From an uncultured Actinomycetes bacterium (lineage in GTDB: Bacteria > Actinomycetota > Thermoleophilia > UBA2241), in NCBI GenBank assembly GCA_963753695.1, contig CAVWDG010000010.1, positions 44,618 to 108,617 of the forward strand: a stretch of DNA of 64,000 nt. The letters are read 5' to 3'. The translations under genes and the position numbers were made by a program. The notes beneath the pieces are model-generated. The model ran no database searches, was not told the origin of the DNA, and worked only from the letters and a program-made list of their open reading frames with translations. Shown here in pieces: positions 30,746-43,316 of this stretch; within the stretch, counting starts at the first letter, position 1, and the number at the start of each line of letters is the position of its first letter.

Positions 30746-33256
30746 ATGGTCCTGACGCTGGTCATTCTCGTCATCGTGGTCGTCGTGCTGTGGCTCGGCG
30801 CCCACTTCGTCATCGGCATCACGATGATCAAGAGCGACGAGGTGGGCCTCGTCGAAAAGCGCTTCTCGCACAAGGGCTCGCTCGACAAGGCGATCATCGC
30901 CTTGAACGGCGAGGCCGGCTACCAGCCCGACGTGCTGCGCGGCGGCATCCACCTGCGCAGCCGCATCCAGTACCGCATACACCGGGCGCCCCTTGTCACC
31001 ATCCCGCAGGGCCAGATCGGCTACGTGTTCGCCCGCGACGGCCAGCCGCTGCGCCCCGAGCAGACCCTGGGCAAAGTCGTGCAGGGCAACAGCTTCGAAG
31101 ACGTGCGCTTCTTCATCGAGAAGGGCGGCCAGCGCGGTCCGCAGCGGGCCATCCTGCGCGAGGGCACCTACGCCCTCAACCTCATCCAGTTCGTCGTGCT
31201 CAGCGAGCAGCGCCTCTACTTCATGGCGCTCGACGGTAACGACCGCGACATCATCGAGCGCATGGGCGCCGCTCTCGACAAGATCCAGGGGTTCCGGCCG
31301 GTCGTCATAGGCGGCGGCAGCAACGACCTGGTGCAGTTGTCCGACTCGCAGCGCAAGAGCGACCGCTGGGCCGGCGAAGACTCGCCCGAAGGCGCCGACG
31401 AGCCGAAGCGCTCCGACTCGGAGCGCCAGGGCGACGTGGTGGGCATCGTCACCGTCCACGACGGCCCGTCGCTGCCACAAGGCGAGATCATCGCCCCGCT
31501 GGTGGGCACCGATCCCAAGTCCGAGACCTTCCACAACAACTTCCAGGACCCCGAGAAGTTCCTGGCGGCGGGCGGCCTGCGCGGCAAGCAGTACCAGGTC
31601 CTGACCGACGGCACCTACTTCGTCAACCGCCTCTTCGCCACGGTCGAGTTCGTGCCCAAGACGGTCATCGAGATCGGCTGGACCGGCGTCGTGGTGTCGT
31701 TCTTCGGCGAGAAGGGCGAAGACGCGAGCGGCGACGAGTTCCGCCACGGCGAGCTCGTCGAGGCCGGCAAGAAGGGCGTCTGGCAGGAGCCGCTGATGCC
31801 CGGCAAGTACGCCTTCAACACCTACGCCGGCCGCGTCGAGAAGGTGCCGGTCACCAACTTCGTGCTCAAGTGGATCACCAACGAAGCCGGGCCTCACGGC
31901 TTCGACCAGAACCTGTCCGAGATCGGCCTGATCACCAAAGATGCCTTCGAGCCCACCCTGCCGCTGTCGGTGGTCATCCAGATCCCCTACCGCGAGGCGC
32001 CGCTCGTCATTCAGCGCTTCGGTAACATCCAGCGGCTCGTCGAGCAGACACTCGACCCCATGGTCGGCTCGTATTTCAAGAACGTCGGTCAGCGCATGAC
32101 CCTGATCGAGCTCATCCAGCGGCGTAGCGACATCCAGGACCAGTCCACCGAGCAGATGCGCGAGAAGTTCGCACGCTACAACCTGCGCCTCGAAGAGGTG
32201 CTGATCGGCACGCCGCACGCCTCCGACACCGACCAGAAGATCGAGCAGATCCTCTCGCAGCTGCGCGACCGCCAGATCGCCGACGAGCAGGTCATCACCT
32301 ACGACCGCCAGCAGAAGGCGGCCGAAAAAGAGAAGGACTTGAACGAGGCGCAGGCGACCGCCGCCCAGCAGACGCAGCTCACCCAGTCGGCCATTCAGAT
32401 CGCCATCACCGAGAACGCCGGCAAGGCCGAGGCCGTGAAGGCCATCCAGGAGGGCCAGAAGATCACCACCCTGGCGGCCGCCGACGCCCGCAAGATCCAG
32501 GTCATCGCCGAGGCCCAGGGCGTGGCCGAGGCCAAGATCGGCCTGGGCAAGGCGATCGCCGTGAGCGAGCAGGTCAAGGCCTACGGCGGCCCGGGTTACC
32601 AGGTCGCGCAAGACGTCATGGCGCGCGTCGCCGCGGCCATCCAGGAGTCGGGCGTGCAGATCGTGCCCAGCACGGTGATCAGCATGGGCGACGGCGACGG
32701 CCACGACGGCACGAGCGCCTTCTCCAACCTCCTCGGCCTGCTCATGACCCTGACCACCAGCGAGAAGCTGGGCGTCGACTTCACCGGCTGCGAGGAGACT
32801 CCCGAACGGCAGGCGGCCATCGACGCCATCAAGGACCAGCTCCTCGAGAAGCTCGCCTCCGACCCAGTGCCCGAGGCGGCGCCGGTCGTGGTCGCAGCCC
32901 CGATCGACGACGCGGCGGCCGTGGTCAAGGACGCCCTCGACGCATCGGCGGCAGCCGTCGCCGACGGCGGGTCGACGACCGCCGAGGCCGCGGCACCCGC
33001 CACGGCCAGCGTGACCGCCGCGGCCGCCACCGGCGCCGTCACGAGCGCCGCGGGCGCGGCGCTCGACGTCACGATCGCGGCCGCTACGCAGGCGCAGCCC
33101 GCCGCGGTCGACGACGTCAAGACCTCGACGACCGGCGGCGACCAGCCCCACGGCGATGGCGTCGACCGCTGGCTCGCCCAGAACCAGGCGGTCATGCCGG
33201 CCGCCTCCAAAGCCAACAAGCGCCCGCGCAAGCCGGCGGGCCCGGCGCGCGACTAA
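30746..33256 (+). CDS. giant flotillin-like SPFH/band-7 protein (836 aa)
   Basis: The internal ATG gives an N-terminal TM helix (MVLTLVILVIVVVVLWL), an SPFH domain, a long EA-rich coiled coil and a flotillin C-terminal domain (GPGYQVAQDVMARVAAAIQESGVQIVPSTVISMGDGDG...LLGLLMTL), plus an Ala/Thr-rich low-complexity tail. Confidence 0.8.
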   Translation: MVLTLVILVIVVVVLWLGAHFVIGITMIKSDEVGLVEKRFSHKGSLDKAIIALNGEAGYQPDVLRGGIHLRSRIQYRIHRAPLVTIPQGQIGYVFARDGQPLRPEQTLGKVVQGNSFEDVRFFIEKGGQRGPQRAILREGTYALNLIQFVVLSEQRLYFMALDGNDRDIIERMGAALDKIQGFRPVVIGGGSNDLVQLSDSQRKSDRWAGEDSPEGADEPKRSDSERQGDVVGIVTVHDGPSLPQGEIIAPLVGTDPKSETFHNNFQDPEKFLAAGGLRGKQYQVLTDGTYFVNRLFATVEFVPKTVIEIGWTGVVVSFFGEKGEDASGDEFRHGELVEAGKKGVWQEPLMPGKYAFNTYAGRVEKVPVTNFVLKWITNEAGPHGFDQNLSEIGLITKDAFEPTLPLSVVIQIPYREAPLVIQRFGNIQRLVEQTLDPMVGSYFKNVGQRMTLIELIQRRSDIQDQSTEQMREKFARYNLRLEEVLIGTPHASDTDQKIEQILSQLRDRQIADEQVITYDRQQKAAEKEKDLNEAQATAAQQTQLTQSAIQIAITENAGKAEAVKAIQEGQKITTLAAADARKIQVIAEAQGVAEAKIGLGKAIAVSEQVKAYGGPGYQVAQDVMARVAAAIQESGVQIVPSTVISMGDGDGHDGTSAFSNLLGLLMTLTTSEKLGVDFTGCEETPERQAAIDAIKDQLLEKLASDPVPEAAPVVVAAPIDDAAAVVKDALDASAAAVADGGSTTAEAAAPATASVTAAAATGAVTSAAGAALDVTIAAATQAQPAAVDDVKTSTTGGDQPHGDGVDRWLAQNQAVMPAASKANKRPRKPAGPARD

Positions 33257-33285
33257 GGCCGGGCACAACAACGAGCGCCACAAAA

Positions 33286-33320
33286 GGGGCGGCGGGCCGG
33301 CAGGCCCGCCGCCCCTTTTT
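33286..33320 (+). terminator. rho-independent terminator after the flotillin gene
   Basis: Perfect 13-bp GC stem GGGGCGGCGGGCC-GGCA-GGCCCGCCGCCCC followed by TTTTT. Confidence 0.8.
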
Positions 33321-33464
33321 CATCTCTGAGGCAGGCGCGCACCTGTATCGCAACCTCGCGAGCCGGCGCGCGCATGGGTGCCTCGCGCTCCTGTCGGGTA
33401 CAATCGAGTCCGCCATCGACTGACCCCGGCGCCCGGCGCGCCGGGGCTTTCGGCGTGTGCGGCC

Positions 33465-36400
33465 ATGTTTCTCGATTACCTGACAAACGATGAGCGGTTC
33501 ACCAAGGCCGCCGGCGCGTTGCGCCGGGGCTCGTCGCTGTACGCCCCGAGCTTCTACGCGCCCTATGTGCTGGCCGGGCTGATCCGCGCGGTCGACGCCC
33601 CCGGCTGGCTCGTCATCGTGCCTGACGCCGAGCAGGCAGCGCGTCTGGCTGCCGAGCTCTCCGCCTACCTCGAGCGCGATGTCGAGACATTGCCGGCGCG
33701 CGGCGTGCTCTACGGCGCCGACGTGGCGCCGGCGGCGCACGTGCTCGGTCAGCGCCAGCGGGCGCTCGCCGCGCTCGAGAGCGACGGCGGCGTGGTCGTC
33801 GCCGACGCCGTCGCCGCCCTCGAGCGCTTCATCCCGCTCGCCTTGCAGCCGCCCCCGCTCGCCCTGGCCAAGGGCGACGAGGCGCCTTTCGATCAAGTGC
33901 TCGCCTCGATCGCCAGCCTGGGCTACGAGCGCGCCGAGCAGGTGCGCGAGCGCGGCGAGTTCGCCGTGCGCGGCGGCATCGTCGACGTCTATCCCTCGAC
34001 CGGCGATCCGGTGCGCATCGAGTTCTGGGGCGACACGGTCGAGTCGCTGCGCCGCTTCTCGGTGTTCTCGCAGCGCGCCGTCGCTGAGGTCGAGCGCTGC
34101 CTCGTGACGACGGCCACCGAGGTCGACCCGACCGGCGACGAGGTACAGACCGCCGTTTCGCAGGAGCTCGCCTCGTGGGAGCTCGCCGGTCGCGACGAGG
34201 CCCCCGACGACGCCTACCGGCGCGCCGAGACGCGCGCCCTGGCACGCCTGTCGGGGCGCTTCATCGACCTCGGCGGCATCTGCGAGCGGCGCGCCCTGCG
34301 CCTGGCCACGGTCGGTCCCGACGACGTGGTGCGCTCGCTCGCCGGATTCGACTCTGAGCTGTCGGTGACCCTGCCCGGAGAGCTGCGCGAAGATTTCTAC
34401 CTGCCGCTGCTCGAAGTCCGCCGTCTGCTGTCGGACGCGGTGTCGGTGGAGCTCGTGCAGCGCGAGCAGCGCGTGCAGTTCCACGCCGCCCGGCCGCAGG
34501 CGGCCGGGCGCGACATCGCGGCCGCCGAGCGCGATCTGCGCCGCCTGGCCGACGACGGCTATCGCGTGTTCGTCACCTTCCGCCACCCCGGCGAGGCCAC
34601 GCGCGCCGGCTACCGCATGAAGAGCCTGGTCGTCAGCCAGCTCGAAGCGGAGCAGCTGCGCGAGGACGGGGCGACCCCGGCGGTCGGCCTCGGCCTGCCG
34701 GCGGGCGTCTACTTCGTGGCGGTCGCGCTGCGCGAGGGGTTCATCTCGAGCGAGCTCAAGCTGGCCGTGATCGGCGAGCACAGCCTGCTGCGCGCCGCGC
34801 CCTCGGGGCCACGTTTTGGGGGCGGCGCCCACCTGACGTCGTTCTTCGACCTGAAGCCCGGCGACTTCGTGGTGCACGAAGACCACGGCATCGCCCTGTT
34901 CTCGGGCATCGAGACGCGCACCGTGGCCGGGGTCACGCGCGACTACCTCTTCCTGGCCTTCAAAGAAGAGGACAAGCTCTTCGTGCCGCACGACCAGATC
35001 GGCAAGGTCACGCGCTACATCGGCGCCAGCGGCTCGGCGCCGCCGCTCAACCGTCTCGGCGGAACGGCCTGGCTGGCCGTCAAGACGCGAGCCCGCAAGG
35101 CGGTCGCCGAGATGGCCGGCGAGCTGCTCACGCTGTACGCCGCCCGCCAGGCGGTGCCCGGTCACGCCTTCTCGCCCGACGGCGAGCTCACGCGCCGCCT
35201 CGAGGACAACTTCGAGTTCGAAGAGACCGACGATCAGGCCGAGGCCATCGACGACGTGAAGAACGACATGGAGGCCGCCCACCCCATGGACCGCCTCATC
35301 TGCGGCGACGTAGGCTACGGCAAGACCGAGGTCGCCCTGCGCGCCGCCCTGAAGGCCGCCGAGGGCGGCAAACAGACGCTCATGCTGGTGCCCACCACCA
35401 TCCTCGCAGAGCAGCACTACCTGACGTTCAGCGAGCGCTTCCGCGAGCTGCCCGTGGGCGTCGACATGGTCTCGCGCTTTCGCACCGCCGCCGAGCAGCG
35501 CCGCATCCTCGCCGAGTTCAACAAGGGCAAGGTCGACGTGCTGATCGGCACGCACCGCCTGCTGTCGCGCGACGTCGCGCCGCGCGACCTGGGCCTCGTG
35601 ATCGTCGACGAAGAGCAGCGCTTCGGCGTGCGCCAGAAGGAGCTGCTGCGCCAGTTGAAGATGCAGGTCGACGTCGTCAGCCTGTCGGCCACGCCCATAC
35701 CGCGCACCCTGCAGATGAGCCTCACCGGCATCCGCGACATCTCGGTCATCGAGACGCCGCCGCGCGGCCGCCACGAGGTGCGCACCTACATCGGCGAGTT
35801 CCGCGACGACCTGGTGCGCACGGCGATCGAGAAGGAGCTCGCTCGCGACGGCCAGGTGTTCTACCTGCACAACCGCGTCGAGACCATCGATCAGGCGGCC
35901 GAGCAGGTGCGCGACCTTGTGCCGGCGGCGCGCATCGCGGTCGGCCACGGCCAGATGCACGAGCGCGAGCTCGAGAAGGTCATGCTGCGCTTTCTGTCGG
36001 GCGAGGCCAACGTGCTGGTCTCGACGTCGATCATCGAGAGCGGCATCGACGTGCCCACCGCCAACACGCTGATCGTCGAGCGCGCCGACATGCTGGGGCT
36101 CGCCCAGCTCTATCAGATCCGCGGTCGCATTGGGCGCAGCGACCAGTATGCTTACGCCTACCTGCTCTACCCGAGCGAGGAGTACCTGACCGCCGATGCC
36201 GCCGCTCGCCTGCGCACGCTGTCGGACTACACCGAGCTGGGCTCGGGCTTCAAGATCGCCATGCGCGACCTCGAGATACGCGGCGCCGGCAACCTGCTCG
36301 GCGACGAGCAGTCGGGCCAGGTCGCGGCCATCGGCTTCGAGATGTACGCGCAGCTGCTCGAGGAAGCCGTCGCCGAGCAGCGCGGCGAGCCGCCGGCCAG

Positions 36401-36842
36401 TCTGCCGCTCGTGCGCCTTGAGATCCCGGTGACCGCCTACGTGCCGCCCGACTACATCGCCTACGAGGCCACCAAGATCGACGCTCACCGGCGCATCGCC
36501 CAGTCGAACGAGCCGCGCGCCTTAGACGAGGTCCGGGCCGAGCTCACCGACCGCTTCGGCGCGCCGCCTGAGCCCGTCGAGAACCTGCTGCTGCTGCAGT
36601 CGATCAGACTGCAGGCGGCGGCGCTGCGCGCCAGCGCGGTCGTTTTTCGCGGCGGCCGCCTGCAGGTCGAGGGCCTCGATCTGGACGACGCCTGGGCGGC
36701 GAAGCTGCGCGCGACGAGCGACGATTACCTCTATTTCAAGCAGAAACGCACGCTCACGGCGCTCAAGCGCGGCGAGGCCGCGCCGATACTCACGTGGGTG
36801 GGTTCGACCCTCGATGCTATAATCGAGACTCACGACAGCTGA
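33465..36842 (+). CDS. mfd: transcription-repair coupling factor Mfd
   Basis: 1125 aa from the internal ATG; DEAD/DEAH helicase motifs (CGDVGYGKTEVALRAA, VIVDEEQRFGV), TRCF and RID domains. Confidence 0.9.
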   Translation: MFLDYLTNDERFTKAAGALRRGSSLYAPSFYAPYVLAGLIRAVDAPGWLVIVPDAEQAARLAAELSAYLERDVETLPARGVLYGADVAPAAHVLGQRQRALAALESDGGVVVADAVAALERFIPLALQPPPLALAKGDEAPFDQVLASIASLGYERAEQVRERGEFAVRGGIVDVYPSTGDPVRIEFWGDTVESLRRFSVFSQRAVAEVERCLVTTATEVDPTGDEVQTAVSQELASWELAGRDEAPDDAYRRAETRALARLSGRFIDLGGICERRALRLATVGPDDVVRSLAGFDSELSVTLPGELREDFYLPLLEVRRLLSDAVSVELVQREQRVQFHAARPQAAGRDIAAAERDLRRLADDGYRVFVTFRHPGEATRAGYRMKSLVVSQLEAEQLREDGATPAVGLGLPAGVYFVAVALREGFISSELKLAVIGEHSLLRAAPSGPRFGGGAHLTSFFDLKPGDFVVHEDHGIALFSGIETRTVAGVTRDYLFLAFKEEDKLFVPHDQIGKVTRYIGASGSAPPLNRLGGTAWLAVKTRARKAVAEMAGELLTLYAARQAVPGHAFSPDGELTRRLEDNFEFEETDDQAEAIDDVKNDMEAAHPMDRLICGDVGYGKTEVALRAALKAAEGGKQTLMLVPTTILAEQHYLTFSERFRELPVGVDMVSRFRTAAEQRRILAEFNKGKVDVLIGTHRLLSRDVAPRDLGLVIVDEEQRFGVRQKELLRQLKMQVDVVSLSATPIPRTLQMSLTGIRDISVIETPPRGRHEVRTYIGEFRDDLVRTAIEKELARDGQVFYLHNRVETIDQAAEQVRDLVPAARIAVGHGQMHERELEKVMLRFLSGEANVLVSTSIIESGIDVPTANTLIVERADMLGLAQLYQIRGRIGRSDQYAYAYLLYPSEEYLTADAAARLRTLSDYTELGSGFKIAMRDLEIRGAGNLLGDEQSGQVAAIGFEMYAQLLEEAVAEQRGEPPASLPLVRLEIPVTAYVPPDYIAYEATKIDAHRRIAQSNEPRALDEVRAELTDRFGAPPEPVENLLLLQSIRLQAAALRASAVVFRGGRLQVEGLDLDDAWAAKLRATSDDYLYFKQKRTLTALKRGEAAPILTWVGSTLDAIIETHDS

Positions 36843-36872
36843 CTCACGCAAAACTTCCGAAAGAGGCCGTTT

Positions 36873-37883
36873 ATGAAGAAACTCGCCTTGGTCGCGCTCG
36901 CGCTCTTCCTGGGCCTTGCCCTCCTCGTCGCTGCTGGCTGCGGCGGCAAGGTCCCGCAGGGCGCCATCGCCACGGTCGGCGGTGTGCCGATCACCCAGGC
37001 GCAGTTCGACCAGTACATCAATCAGGCCAAAGCGAGCGCCGGACAAAGCGGCCAGCCGGCATTTCCCAGCCCCGGCACCACCACCTACAACCGCTACGCC
37101 GCCGAGATCGTCAACTACCTCACCCAGCAGCAGGTCGTTCTGAACGCGGCCGACAAAGACAAGCTCACCGTCACCGACGCGCAGATCCAGACGCAGCTCG
37201 CCCAGATCGCCACCCAGTACGGCGGCACGCAGAAGATGTACGCCGCCGCCAAGAAGGCCGGCATGGACCAGGCGCAGCTCAAGACCTACGTCAAGGACTC
37301 GCTGATCGGTCAGAAGCTCTACCAGAAGGTCATCGGCACCTCTACGCCCACCGAGGCGCAGATGCAGGCCTACTACAAGGCCAACAAGTCGACCTTCGAC
37401 CAGGCCGCCACGCGCACGGTGCGTCACGTCCTGGTCAAGACCAAGGCCCAGGCGCTCAAGGTGCAGGCCCTGCTGACCGCCAACAACTCAAACGCCAACT
37501 GGGCCGCGGTCGCCAAGAAGTACTCGACCGACACCGGCACCAAGAACAGCGGCGGCAGCCTCGGCGCCATCAAGCGTGGCCAGATGGTCAAGCCCTTCGA
37601 AGACGCCGCCTTCTCGCTCAAGATCAACACGGTCTCGGCGCCCGTCAAGTCGCAGTATGGCTGGCACGTGCTCGAGGTCACCAAGATCACGCCCGCCAAG
37701 GCATCCACCTACGCGGGCTCCAAAGCCGCCATCAAGAGCACACTCACCAGTCAGCAGCAGCAGAAGGCCTGGTCGACCTGGCTGGCCAAGGCCCAGAAGG
37801 CCGCCAAGATCTTCTACGCGGCGGGCTTCAATCCCGATAGCCTGACCGCATCTCCGGCCCCGTCGCCGTCGTCAAGCAAGTAA
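36873..37883 (+). CDS. parvulin-type peptidyl-prolyl isomerase lipoprotein (PrsA/SurA-like)
   Basis: Lipobox LLVAAGC; the PpiC domain (VRHVLVKTKAQ...GGSLGAIKRGQMVKPFEDAAFSLKINTVSAPVKSQYGWHVLEV). Confidence 0.8.
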   Translation: MKKLALVALALFLGLALLVAAGCGGKVPQGAIATVGGVPITQAQFDQYINQAKASAGQSGQPAFPSPGTTTYNRYAAEIVNYLTQQQVVLNAADKDKLTVTDAQIQTQLAQIATQYGGTQKMYAAAKKAGMDQAQLKTYVKDSLIGQKLYQKVIGTSTPTEAQMQAYYKANKSTFDQAATRTVRHVLVKTKAQALKVQALLTANNSNANWAAVAKKYSTDTGTKNSGGSLGAIKRGQMVKPFEDAAFSLKINTVSAPVKSQYGWHVLEVTKITPAKASTYAGSKAAIKSTLTSQQQQKAWSTWLAKAQKAAKIFYAAGFNPDSLTASPAPSPSSSK

Positions 37884-37920
37884 GGGCGCCGCGGCGCGCC
37901 GTGCCCACCCGGCAACAGGC

Positions 37921-40370
<2,450 letters not shown>

Positions 40371-40512
40371 AGGCCGTCGATCGACTGCGTCGTCGCCGCT
40401 CAGGCAGGCGTGACTGACGTCGCGCGCCTGGTGACCGCGAGCCCACGGCGTGCCGCCTCACCCAACGCAAGGCGGGGCAGGGAAAGCGCAGGCGCGGGCG
40501 AACTCAAGCGGT

Positions 40513-41016
40513 ATGGCTTCAGGTAGCACCGCATCGTCGCGCCGCGCGACCCGCGAGGGTCGCGCGGCGCAGACCACCTCACGCCGCAAGCCGTCGGGCG
40601 CGGGCGACAAAGTCGCCCGCGCCCGACGGCGCCGCGGCTCGCCGGTCGAACTGCGCCCGTTGCGGCTCGCCGCGCTCGCCCTGCTGCTCGTCGCGGCGGC
40701 GTTCTACGTCTCGCCGCTGCGCGCCTTCTTCGCCCAGCAGGACCGCTACGACCGTCAGGTCGCCGCGCTGGCCCAGGCCCAGGCGACCAACCGGGCATTG
40801 CACACCGAGCTGGGTCTTATGCGCACCCGCGACTTCATCACTCGCCAGGCCCGCGAGCAGTACCAGCTCGTGCCCGCCGGTCTGCAGGCCTTCGTGGTCA
40901 AGGGCCTGCCCAGGGCCAAGACGACCAGCAGCTCCGCGCGGCGCGCGGCGGCGACTCCGGCGGCGCCTTCGATCTTCGCCCGCCTCAGCGACCTCTGGCA
41001 CACCATCCGCGAATGA
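40513..41016 (+). CDS. septum formation initiator FtsB/DivIC-like protein
   Basis: TM helix plus coiled coil (LLLVAAAFYVSPLRAFFAQQDRYDRQVAALAQAQATNRALHTELGLMRT); lies in the conserved eno-ftsB-DUF501-ppx position. The start could be upstream at 40450. Confidence 0.7.
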   Translation: MASGSTASSRRATREGRAAQTTSRRKPSGAGDKVARARRRRGSPVELRPLRLAALALLLVAAAFYVSPLRAFFAQQDRYDRQVAALAQAQATNRALHTELGLMRTRDFITRQAREQYQLVPAGLQAFVVKGLPRAKTTSSSARRAAATPAAPSIFARLSDLWHTIRE

Positions 41017-41591
41017 CGCGTGCGTCGGCCCGCCCGCCGGCACCCCGTGACCTGGCCTGCGTCGCGCTTCAGCTCGGTCGTGAGCCCCGGCCGCTGCGTC
41101 GCGTGGCGGCGCGCTGCCCCTGGGGCGGTCCCGCGGTCGTTGAGAACCTGCCCTACGACGCCGCCGGCCGGCCGTTCCCGACCCTCTTCTGGGCGACCTG
41201 CCCGTCGCTTGTGGCCGCGGTCAGCCTGCTCGAGAGCGCCGGCGGCGTGCGGCGCTTCGAGGCGTTAGCCGCCGACGATGAGCAACTCCACCGTTCGCTG
41301 CTCGCGGCCACCGCCTACGAGCGCCGCCGCCGTCGCGCCCTGGCGGCGCGCAGCGCCGCCCCACAGCGCGACGGCGGCGCTTCGCTGGCCACGGGGATCG
41401 GGGGCGTCGCCCGGCCCGCGGCGCTCAAATGCCTGCACGCCCACGCCGCGCACGCGCTGGCGCGCCCCGGCTACCTGCTGGGCGAGCGCATCCTTGCCGC
41501 AGCGGCGCCGCTGTACCCGGCGCGGGCCTGCTGCATGGGCGAGCCGTGCGACGCGGGTCACGAGGGCGGGGGAGAGGGGAAGCCGCGGTGA
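41013..41591 (+). CDS. DUF501-family protein
   Basis: 192 aa; its position between ftsB-like and ppx matches the actinobacterial synteny. Confidence 0.55.
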   Translation: MTRASARPPAPRDLACVALQLGREPRPLRRVAARCPWGGPAVVENLPYDAAGRPFPTLFWATCPSLVAAVSLLESAGGVRRFEALAADDEQLHRSLLAATAYERRRRRALAARSAAPQRDGGASLATGIGGVARPAALKCLHAHAAHALARPGYLLGERILAAAAPLYPARACCMGEPCDAGHEGGGEGKPR

Positions 41592-42529
41592 GGATCGCGG
41601 TGGTCGACCTGGGCACCAACTCGGCGCGCCTGCTGCTGGCCGCGGTCGAAGAAGGGGTCGTGCACGACGCAGCCCGCCTGACGACCGTGACACGCCTGGG
41701 CGCCGGCGTCGACCGGCAGCGACGCGTCGACCCTGACGCCGCCGCGCGCACGCGCAGTTGCCTGGCCGGTTATGCCGCGCGGATGGCGGCCTACGCTCCC
41801 GACGCGCGCCTGCTTGTGGCGACCAGCGCCCTGCGTGATGCCGTCGACGGCCGCGCGTTTCTCGACGCCCTCGCGGCCGAGTTCGACCTGCCGGCGACGA
41901 TCCTGAGCGGCGAGCAAGAGGCGGCGCTGTCGTACGCCGGGGCGCTCAGCGGGTCCGCCGCGGCGGTGGCGCTCCCCGTGCAGCGCCCGGCCGCCGCCGT
42001 CATCGACATCGGCGGCGGCAGCCTCGAGCTGGCGGTCGGGACGCCGCCCGCGGCGGAGCCGTCCTTCGTGTGCAGCCTCGACATAGGCGTGGTGCGGCTG
42101 ACCGAGCGGTTCTTCGCCTCGGATCCCCCCTCTGAAGGGCAGTGGAGCGCCGCGGAGGCGTTCGTGCGGGAAACCCTCGCCGCGGCAGTGCCCGACGGCC
42201 TGCGGGCCACCGTAGGGCGCGGCATCGGCCTGGCCGGCACGTTCACGACCCTCGTCGCCCACAAGTTGGCGCTGCATACCTACGACCGCGCCTTGGTCCA
42301 CGGCCACGAACTGACACTCGCCGACATCGACGCCGCGCTCGCCGCCTTCAGGCGCATGCCGAGCGCGGCGCGCGGCCGGCTGGCCGGCATCCAGCCAGGC
42401 AGGGAAGACGTGATCCTGGCCGGCGTGCTGCTGGCCCGCGAGGTCTGCCGCCTGTTCGATCTGCCCGGCGTGCGCGTGAGCGAGGCCGACCTGCTCGACG
42501 GCGTCGCCCTGCAGCTTGCCCGCGGTTGA
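41588..42529 (+). CDS. ppx: exopolyphosphatase / guanosine pentaphosphate phosphohydrolase family
   Basis: GTG overlaps the upstream stop; Ppx/GppA N-terminal ASKHA motifs (IAVVDLGTNSARLL, IDIGGGSLEL). Confidence 0.85.
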   Translation: MRIAVVDLGTNSARLLLAAVEEGVVHDAARLTTVTRLGAGVDRQRRVDPDAAARTRSCLAGYAARMAAYAPDARLLVATSALRDAVDGRAFLDALAAEFDLPATILSGEQEAALSYAGALSGSAAAVALPVQRPAAAVIDIGGGSLELAVGTPPAAEPSFVCSLDIGVVRLTERFFASDPPSEGQWSAAEAFVRETLAAAVPDGLRATVGRGIGLAGTFTTLVAHKLALHTYDRALVHGHELTLADIDAALAAFRRMPSAARGRLAGIQPGREDVILAGVLLAREVCRLFDLPGVRVSEADLLDGVALQLARG

Positions 42530-42553
42530 GGCCGGGCCCAACTGGGCCCGGCC
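42530..42553 (+). terminator. perfect palindromic hairpin after ppx (weak U-tract)
   Basis: GGCCGGGCCC-AACT-GGGCCCGGCC followed by TCCATCTCT. Confidence 0.45.
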
Positions 42554-42893
42554 TCCATCTCTAGCAGAGAGCTACCTCGGCGGGCAGAAAGCCCTTACGT
42601 GAGTGGCGCGTGAGCGACGCCGCCGCGAGGCGACCGGGCCACGACTGTCGGGCGCGCGGCCGTCAGCACTGCGAGGAGCGAGACCGCCAGCAGCGCCGCC
42701 CCGCCCACCAGCCCGCCCATGTGGAAGGGCGTGGTACCGAACCAAGTAGAGCATTGCGGGTGGAGTGCAGATCAGGGCGCATCTTGTGTCGCCCATGAGC
42801 GGCCGCCTATGCTCATGGTCGCGGGACGGTATCGAGTATCTTCCCTCGTGAGGGATCAGGGCCGCGCGTGTTGTCTTGGAGAAAGGACAGAGC

Positions 42894-43316
42894 GTGAGTA
42901 GCAAGCTCGAAGTCATGGTGGGCTTCGCCCAATCCGACAGCGAGGTCGCAGGGCTTCACGACTGCATCGAGGTCACCGCAATCAACCGCGAGACTCGCCC
43001 AGTGACCATCATCGCCTGCGTCGTCTTCTTGCCGATGGGTCTTCGACTGCCCCCCGACGCGCCCCGCGTCGCGTATCCCTTTGACCTTGGGCCAGGCGCT
43101 GAATGCGTCGAGCACTTTGACTGTCGCGACCTCGCTGCGCGCGCCCGTGAGTACGGCTACACGGGCAAAGTCGAACTGGACGCAGCGTTCTTGGAGAGCG
43201 GTGGCATGGAAGAGTCCGGCATGGCTCCCTACATGCGAAGGATGACACGGGGACGAGAGCATCGAACTGGATCGTTTGTCTTCAATGTGGATAGGTGGCA
43301 AGAAGCCCGACTTTGA
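42894..43316 (+). CDS. hypothetical protein, lower-GC orphan gene next to tRNA-Leu
   Basis: ORF 42876..43316; the likely GTG start sits 6 nt after AGGA. About 60% GC against a ~72% flank, with coding-like codon periodicity; no recognisable domain. Confidence 0.35.
   Translation: MSSKLEVMVGFAQSDSEVAGLHDCIEVTAINRETRPVTIIACVVFLPMGLRLPPDAPRVAYPFDLGPGAECVEHFDCRDLAARAREYGYTGKVELDAAFLESGGMEESGMAPYMRRMTRGREHRTGSFVFNVDRWQEARL

Noticed and set aside
28891-30897. 668-aa minus-strand ORF
   Set aside because: Antisense to pth and the zinc-ribbon membrane protein gene; Arg/Ala-rich translation typical of GC-shadow ORFs.
33192-36488. 1098-aa ORF on the minus strand
   Set aside because: It is antisense to mfd. 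Long antisense ORFs are expected at ~72% GC, and there are no motifs or RBS.
42595-42723. 42-codon hydrophobic minus-strand mini-ORF (MGGLVGGAALLAVSLLAVL...)
   Set aside because: No RBS, and it is very short. Indistinguishable from chance in GC-rich sequence.
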